Shown here: one piece after another, positions 58,201 through 64,000 of the stretch
How the letters are laid out: every line of letters begins with the position of its first letter
How positions within the stretch are numbered: the stretch's first letter is position 1
NCBI GenBank assembly: GCA_965655095.1
Contig: OZ296658.1
Span: 17,484,001 to 17,548,000 of the forward strand
DNA: 64,000 nucleotides
Direction of reading: 5' to 3'
DNA from: Haplodiscus bocki
Lineage: Eukaryota
Notes under the pieces: model-generated
The model's database searches: none
What the model saw: the letters and a program-made list of their open reading frames with translations, nothing else
What the model was told of the DNA's origin: nothing
Position numbers and translations under genes: made by a program

Positions 58201-61200
58201 CTCTGTATCTTCATTATGACATATTTTAGTACAGTTCCTGTGTTGTTTTCAAAAAGTTATGCTTTCAGGCACGCTCAATTTGCCAACTCCAGCTTGTCGC
58301 AAGCTGTCCATCGGCATGCCGTTGTATGCAACTCTTCAACTGGATGTCGACATGTAACGTTCGCAATCTGTCACACTGCAAAGGCATCCTCGTTTACCTT
58401 GTCCGTTCGGTAACGGAAAGGAGTTGCTTCTAGACAGGGTCACCCTGTCGACTTGCTTTCATCGCGTACGGCCTATTGGTACGAAACATCCGACCAACGA
58501 GGCTTCGCTCGCTTTTTTCTACTTTAACAAACTGTCCCCTGATTATCACAATTCTCTCCACAGTTTCTTCCTTCACAAAAAGTGTTGCGCCGGGCAGCTT
58601 AGAACTGGCGACTTTAGTATATCTTGTACTGTCAATAAGTACGGCGCTCTAAACAACTGAGCTACGGGAGCCTGAAAAACTTCATTTACTTTGCGTTCTG
58701 TCACAAACGGAGTTCTCGATGAGGTTTTTGTGTTCGCTTGCAAAGCACTTCTCGCCAGAAGAATTGAAATACCGACATCCACATATACTATATTGCCAAT
58801 AGGTACGGTCCTGTAATCAACTCAGGTACTGAAACAAAACGTGTATTTTCTACAAACTGTCCCATTGCTTCATGATTTTTTTCTAAGTTTTCTAACTTTA
58901 CTGAATAGTTAGTGGTACCGTTCAATCTGAAATTGCTGATTGTCCCAAATTCGGAACTGTCTGTAAGTAGGAAGTTCTATAGAATTAGGTTGAGTTCAAG
59001 TGGACCACAAATTTACTTCCACATTCAGTCAAATCGGAAGTATAACTATCGGTAGATTCTTTTGTGCAGAAAAGGAACGCAAATCTCACATGAAATTGAC
59101 GTGTAACCTCTACAATCTGTTGGATGGTAGACGTTTCTTACATTACTTTATCCTTTTTACAACCGAAAAGGAACGCTGCAGGACAGGTTCAGAGTGCCAT
59201 GTTCTTCCTGTTTCAGACTGTTTTTTGATACGGGAGATCTAACCAACGGAGCTACGCAAGATCCACCTTTTTTTTAATCTCTGTATCTTCATTATCAGAT
59301 TCTTTTGTTCAGTTTCTGTGTTGTTCTCAAAAAGTTATGCTTTCAGGCACTCTCGAAATGCCAACTTCAGCATGTCGCAAACTGTCCATCGGCATGCCGT
59401 TGTTTGCAACTCTTTAACTGGATGTCGACATGTAACGTTCGCAATCTGTCACACTGCAAAAGCGTCTTGCATTACCTTGTCCTTTCGGTAATGGAAAGGA
59501 GTTGCTTCTGGACAGGATCAGCCTTTTTATTTTTGTTTTCATGGCGTACTGCCTATTGGTACGAAAGATCCGACCAACGAGGGTTCGCGATCTTTTTTCC
59601 ACTTTAACAGTTTGTCCCCTGATTATCACAATTCTCTCCACAGTTTCTTCCTTCACAAAAAGTGTTGCGCCGGGCAGCTTAGAACTGGCGACTTTAGTAT
59701 ATCTTGTATTGTCAAAAAGTACGGTGCTCTAACCAACTGAGCTACGGGTTCCTGAAAAATTTCATTTACTTTGTGTTCTGTCGGGAACGGAGTTCTCGAT
59801 GGAGTTTTTGTGTTCGCTGGCAGAGCACTTCTCGCCAGAAGAATTGAAATACCTACATCCACATATACCATATTGCCAATAGGTACGGTCCTGTAATCAA
59901 CTGAGGTACTGAAACAAAACGTGTGTTTTCTACAAACTGTCCCATCGCTTCATGATTTTTTTCTAAGTTTTCTAACTTTACTGAATAGTTAGTGGTACCG
60001 TTCAATCTGAAATTGCTGATTTTCCCAAATTCGGAACTGCCTGTAAGTAGCAAGTTCTATAGAATAGAGTTGAGTTCAAGTGGACTACACCTTTACTTCC
60101 ACATTCAGTCAAATCGGAAGTATAACTATCGGTAGATTCTTTTGTGCAGAAAAGGAACGCAAATCTCACATGAAGTTGACGTGTAACCTCTACAACCTGT
60201 TGCACGGTAGACCTTTTTTACAATACTTTATCCTTTCTATAACCGAAAAAAAACGCTGCAGGAAAGGCTCAGAGTGCCATAATCTTTCTGTTCCAGACTG
60301 ACTTTTGATACGGGAGATGTAACCAACGGAGCTACGCAAGATCCACATTTATTTGTTACTCTCTGTATCTTCATTATCACATATTTTAGTACAGTTCCTG
60401 TGTTGTTTTAAAAAAGTTATGCTTCCAGGCACGCTCGATTTGCCAACTCCAGCTTGTCGCAAACTGTCCAAGGGCATGCCGTTGTATGCAACTCTTCAAC
60501 TGGATGTCGACATGTTACGTTCGCAATCTGTCACACTGCAAAGGCATCCTCGTTTACCTTGCCTGTTCGCTAACGGAAAGGAGTTGCTTCTGGACAGGAT
60601 CACCTTGTCGACTTCCCTTCATCGCGTACTGCCTATTGCTACGAAAGATCCGGCCAACGAGGCTTCGCTTGCTTTTTTCTACTTTAACAAACTGTCCCCT
60701 GATTATCACAATTCTCACCACAGTTTCTTCCTTCACAAAAAGTGTTGCGCCGGGCAGCTTAGAACTGGCGACTTTAGTATATCTTGTACTGTCAATAAGT
60801 ACGGCGCTCTAAACAACTGAGCTACGGGAGCCTGAAAAACTTCATTTACTTTGCGTTCTGTCACAAACGGAGTTCTCGATGAGGTTTTTGTGTTCGCTTG
60901 CAAAGCACTTCTCGCCAGAAGAATTGAAATACCGACATCCACATATACTATATTGCCAATAGGTACGGTCCTGTAATCAACTGAGGTACTGAAACAAAAC
61001 GTGTGTTTTTCACAAACTGTCCCATCGCTTCATGATTTTTTTCTAAGTTTTCTAACTTTACTGAATAGTTAGTGGTACCGTTCAATCTGAAATTGCTGAT
61101 TGTCCCAAATTCTGAACTGTCTGTAAGTAGGAAGTTCTATAGAAATAAGTTGAGTTCAAGTGGACCAAAAATTTACTTCCACATTCAGTCAAATCGGAAG

Positions 61201-64000
61201 TATAACTATCGGTGGATTTTTATGTGCTGAAAAGGAAAGCAAATCTCACATGAAATTGACGTGTAACCTCTACAACCTGTTGGACGGTAGACGTTTCTTA
61301 CATTACTTTATCCTTTTTACAACCGAAAAGGAACGCTGCAGGACAGGTTCAGAGTGCCATGTTCTTCCTGTTTCAGACTGTTTTTTGATACGGGAGATCT
61401 AACCAACGGAGCTACGCAAGATCCACCTTTTTTATTAATCTCTGTATCTTCATTATCAGATTCTTTTGTTCAGTTTCTGTGTTGTTCTCAAAAAGTTATG
61501 CTTTCAGGCACTCTCGAAATGCCAACTTCAGCATGTCGCAAACTGTCCATCGGCATGCCGTTGTATGCAAATCTTTAACTGGATGTCGACATGTAACGTT
61601 CGCAATCTGTCACACTGCAAAGGCATCCTCGTTTACCTTGTCCGTTCGGTAATGGAAAGGAGTTGCTTCTGGACAGGATCAGCCTTTTTATTTTTGTTTT
61701 CATGGCGTACTGCCTATTGGTACAAAAGATCCGACCAACGAGGGTTCGCGATCTTTTTTCCACTTTAACAGTCTGTCCCCTGATTATCACAATTCTCTCC
61801 ACAGTTTCTTCCTTCACAAAAAGTGTTGCGCCGGGCAGCTTAGAACTGGCAACTTTAGTATATCTTGTACTGTCAAAAAGTACGGTGCTCTAACCAACTG
61901 AGCTACGGGATCCTGAAAAATTTCATTTACTTTGTGTTCTGTCGGGAACGGAGTTCTCGATGGAGTTTTTGTGTTCGCTGGCAAAGCACTTCTTGCCAGA
62001 AGAATTGAAATACCGACATCCACATATACCATATTGCCAATAGGTACGGTCCTGTAATCAACTAAGGTACTGAAACAAAACGTGTGTTTTCTACTAACTG
62101 TCCCATCGCTTCATGATTTTTCTGAGTTTTCTAACTTTACTGAATAGTTAGTGCTACCGTTCAATCTGAAAGTGCTGATTGTCCCAAATTCGGAACTGCC
62201 TGTAAGTAGGAAGTTCTATAGAATTGAGTTGAGTTCAAGTGGACCACACCTTTACTTCTGTCTTCAGTCAAATCGGAAGTATAACTATCGGTTGGTTTTT
62301 TATGCTGAAAATGAGAACAAATCTCACATGAAGTTGACGTGTAACCTCTACAACCTGTTGCACGGTAGACGTTTCTTACATTACTTAATCCTTTCTATAA
62401 CCGAAAAGGAACGCTGCAGGATAGGCTCAGAGTGCCATAACCTTTCTGTTCCAGACTGTCTTTTGATACGGGAGATGTAACCAACGGGGCTACGCAAGAT
62501 CCACATTTATTTGTTACTCTCTGTATCTTCATTATCACATTTTTTAGTACAGTTCCTGTGTTGTTTTCAAAAAGTTATGCTTTCAGGCACGCTCGATTTG
62601 CCAACTCCAGCTTGTCGCAAACTGTCCATCGACATGCCGTTGTTTGCAACTCTTTAACTGGATGTCGACATGTAACGTTCGCAATCTGTCACACTGCAAA
62701 GGCATCCTCGTTTACCTTGTCCGTTCGGTAACGGAAAGGAGTTGCTTCTAGACAGGGTCACCCTGTCGACTTGCTTTCATCGCGTACGGCCTATTGGTAC
62801 GAAACATCCGACCAACGAGGCTTCGCTCGCTTTTTTCTACTTTAACAAACTGTCCCCTGATTATCACAATTCTCTCCACAGTTTCTTCCTTCACAAAAAG
62901 TGTTGCGCCGGGCAGCTTAGAACTGGCGACTTTAGTATATCTTGTACTGTCAATAAGTACGGCGCTCTAAACAACTGAGCTACGGGAGCCTGAAAAACTT
63001 CATTTACTTTGCGTTCTGTCACAAACGGAGTTCTCGATGAGGTTTTTGTGTTCGCTTGCAAAGCACTTCTCGCCAGAAGAATTGAAATACCGACATCCAC
63101 ATATACTATATTGCCAATAGGTACGGTCCTGTAATCAACTGAGGTACTGAAACAAAACGTGTGTTTTTCACAAACTGTCCCATCGCTTCATGATTTTTTT
63201 CTAAGTTTTCTAACTTTACTGAATAGTTAGTGGTACCGTTCAATCTGAAATTGCTGATTGTCCCAAACTCGGAACTGTCTGTAAGTAGGAAGTTCTATAG
63301 AATTAGGTTGAGTTCAATTGGACCACAAATTTGTTTCCACATTCAGTCAAATTGGAAGTATAACTATCGGTAGATTTTTTTGTGCTGAAAAGGAAATCAA
63401 ATCTCACATGAAATTGACGTGTAACCTCTACAACCTGTTGGACGGTAGACGTTTCTTACATTACTTTATCCTTTTTACAACCGAAAAGGAACGCTGCAGG
63501 ACAGGCTCAGAGTGCCATGTTCTTCCTGTTTCAGACTGTTTTTTGATACGGGAGATCTAACCAACGGAGCTACGCAAGATCCACCTTTTTTATTAATCTC
63601 TGTATCTTCATTATCAGATTCTTTTGTTCAGTTTCTGTGTTGTTCTCAAAAAGTTATGCTTTCAGGCACTCTCGAAATGCCAACTTCAGCATGTCGCAAA
63701 CTGTCCATCGGCATGCCGTTGTATGCAAATCTTTAACTGGATGTCGACATGTAACGTTCGCAATCTGTCACACTGCAAAGGCATCCTCGTTTACCTTGTC
63801 CGTTCGGTAACGGAAAGGAGTTGCTTCTAGACAGGGTCACCCTGTCGACTTGCTTTCATCGCGTACGGCCTATTGGTACGAAACATCCGACCAACGAGGC
63901 TTCGCTCGCTTTTTTCTACTTTAACAAACTGTCCCCTGATTATCACAATTCTCTCCACAGTTTCTTCCTTCACAAAAAGTGTTGCGCCGGGCAGCTTAGA
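55235..64000 (-). repeat. Domain E: ~1080-bp units (6 subunits plus one truncated), alternating a/b as a ~2160-bp dimer; all tRNA copies are pseudogenes
   Basis: tRNA-like copies recur every ~1077-1081 bp from 55352. The T-loop reads TTCTAAG, the anticodon stem is broken and the acceptor 3' strand is 1 nt short. Abrupt deletion junction at ~55235. Confidence 0.9.

Larger units (their letters stand above)
7650..64000 (-). repeat. tRNA-Ile(UAU)-derived tandem array (satellite-like), ~164-bp basic subunit, over 56 kb, open at the right edge
   Basis: A homologue of the 87-nt tRNA gene recurs every ~163-166 bp. For example, 24855-24941 aligns ungapped to the intact gene 24692-24778 at 59/87 positions (hand count), with further copies near 25018, 25184, 25350 and 25514. 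Confidence 0.93.

Noticed and set aside
7673-63830. The many 60-233-aa ORFs in the array, including 45966..46667 (233 aa)
   Set aside because: They recur with the repeat period, overlap tRNA-derived subunits on both strands, gain and lose stops and frameshifts between copies, and show no protein motifs.
7650-64000. Cluster of tRNA-derived SINEs
   Set aside because: Copies keep the intron and both flanks, are strictly head-to-tail, and lack tails or target-site duplications.
55352-64000. Functional tRNA-Lys(UUU) or tRNA-Ile genes in domain E
   Set aside because: The B box is mutated (TTCTAAG), the anticodon stem does not pair and the acceptor strand has a deletion.

Overview
Eukaryotic, probably animal, genomic DNA with no recognisable conserved protein-coding gene. 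About 88% of the window (7650 to the right edge, which cuts it off) is one tandem satellite-like array built from a single ~164-bp subunit: an 87-nt intron-containing tRNA-Ile(UAU) gene on the minus strand plus a ~77-bp spacer carrying its oligo-T Pol III terminator. Most of the roughly 340 subunits (array length divided by 164) are decayed. They are grouped into successive higher-order repeats: a ~823-bp pentamer, a 1681-bp double pentamer, a ~1.73-1.80-kb 11-mer and a ~1080-bp unit alternating as a ~2160-bp dimer. Five copies fold into a complete cloverleaf and several more are one or a few changes away. The left 7.6 kb holds retroelement-like debris, including a 260-bp TG..CA LTR with a polypurine tract, and a 200-N gap. 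It also holds an unusual element-like block (4619-7649) with an orphan 167-aa ORF, five covarying two-hairpin modules, seven 49-bp palindromic repeats and an inward-facing Pol II promoter, ending exactly at the array junction. Almost all ORFs in the supplied track are repeat-derived artefacts.
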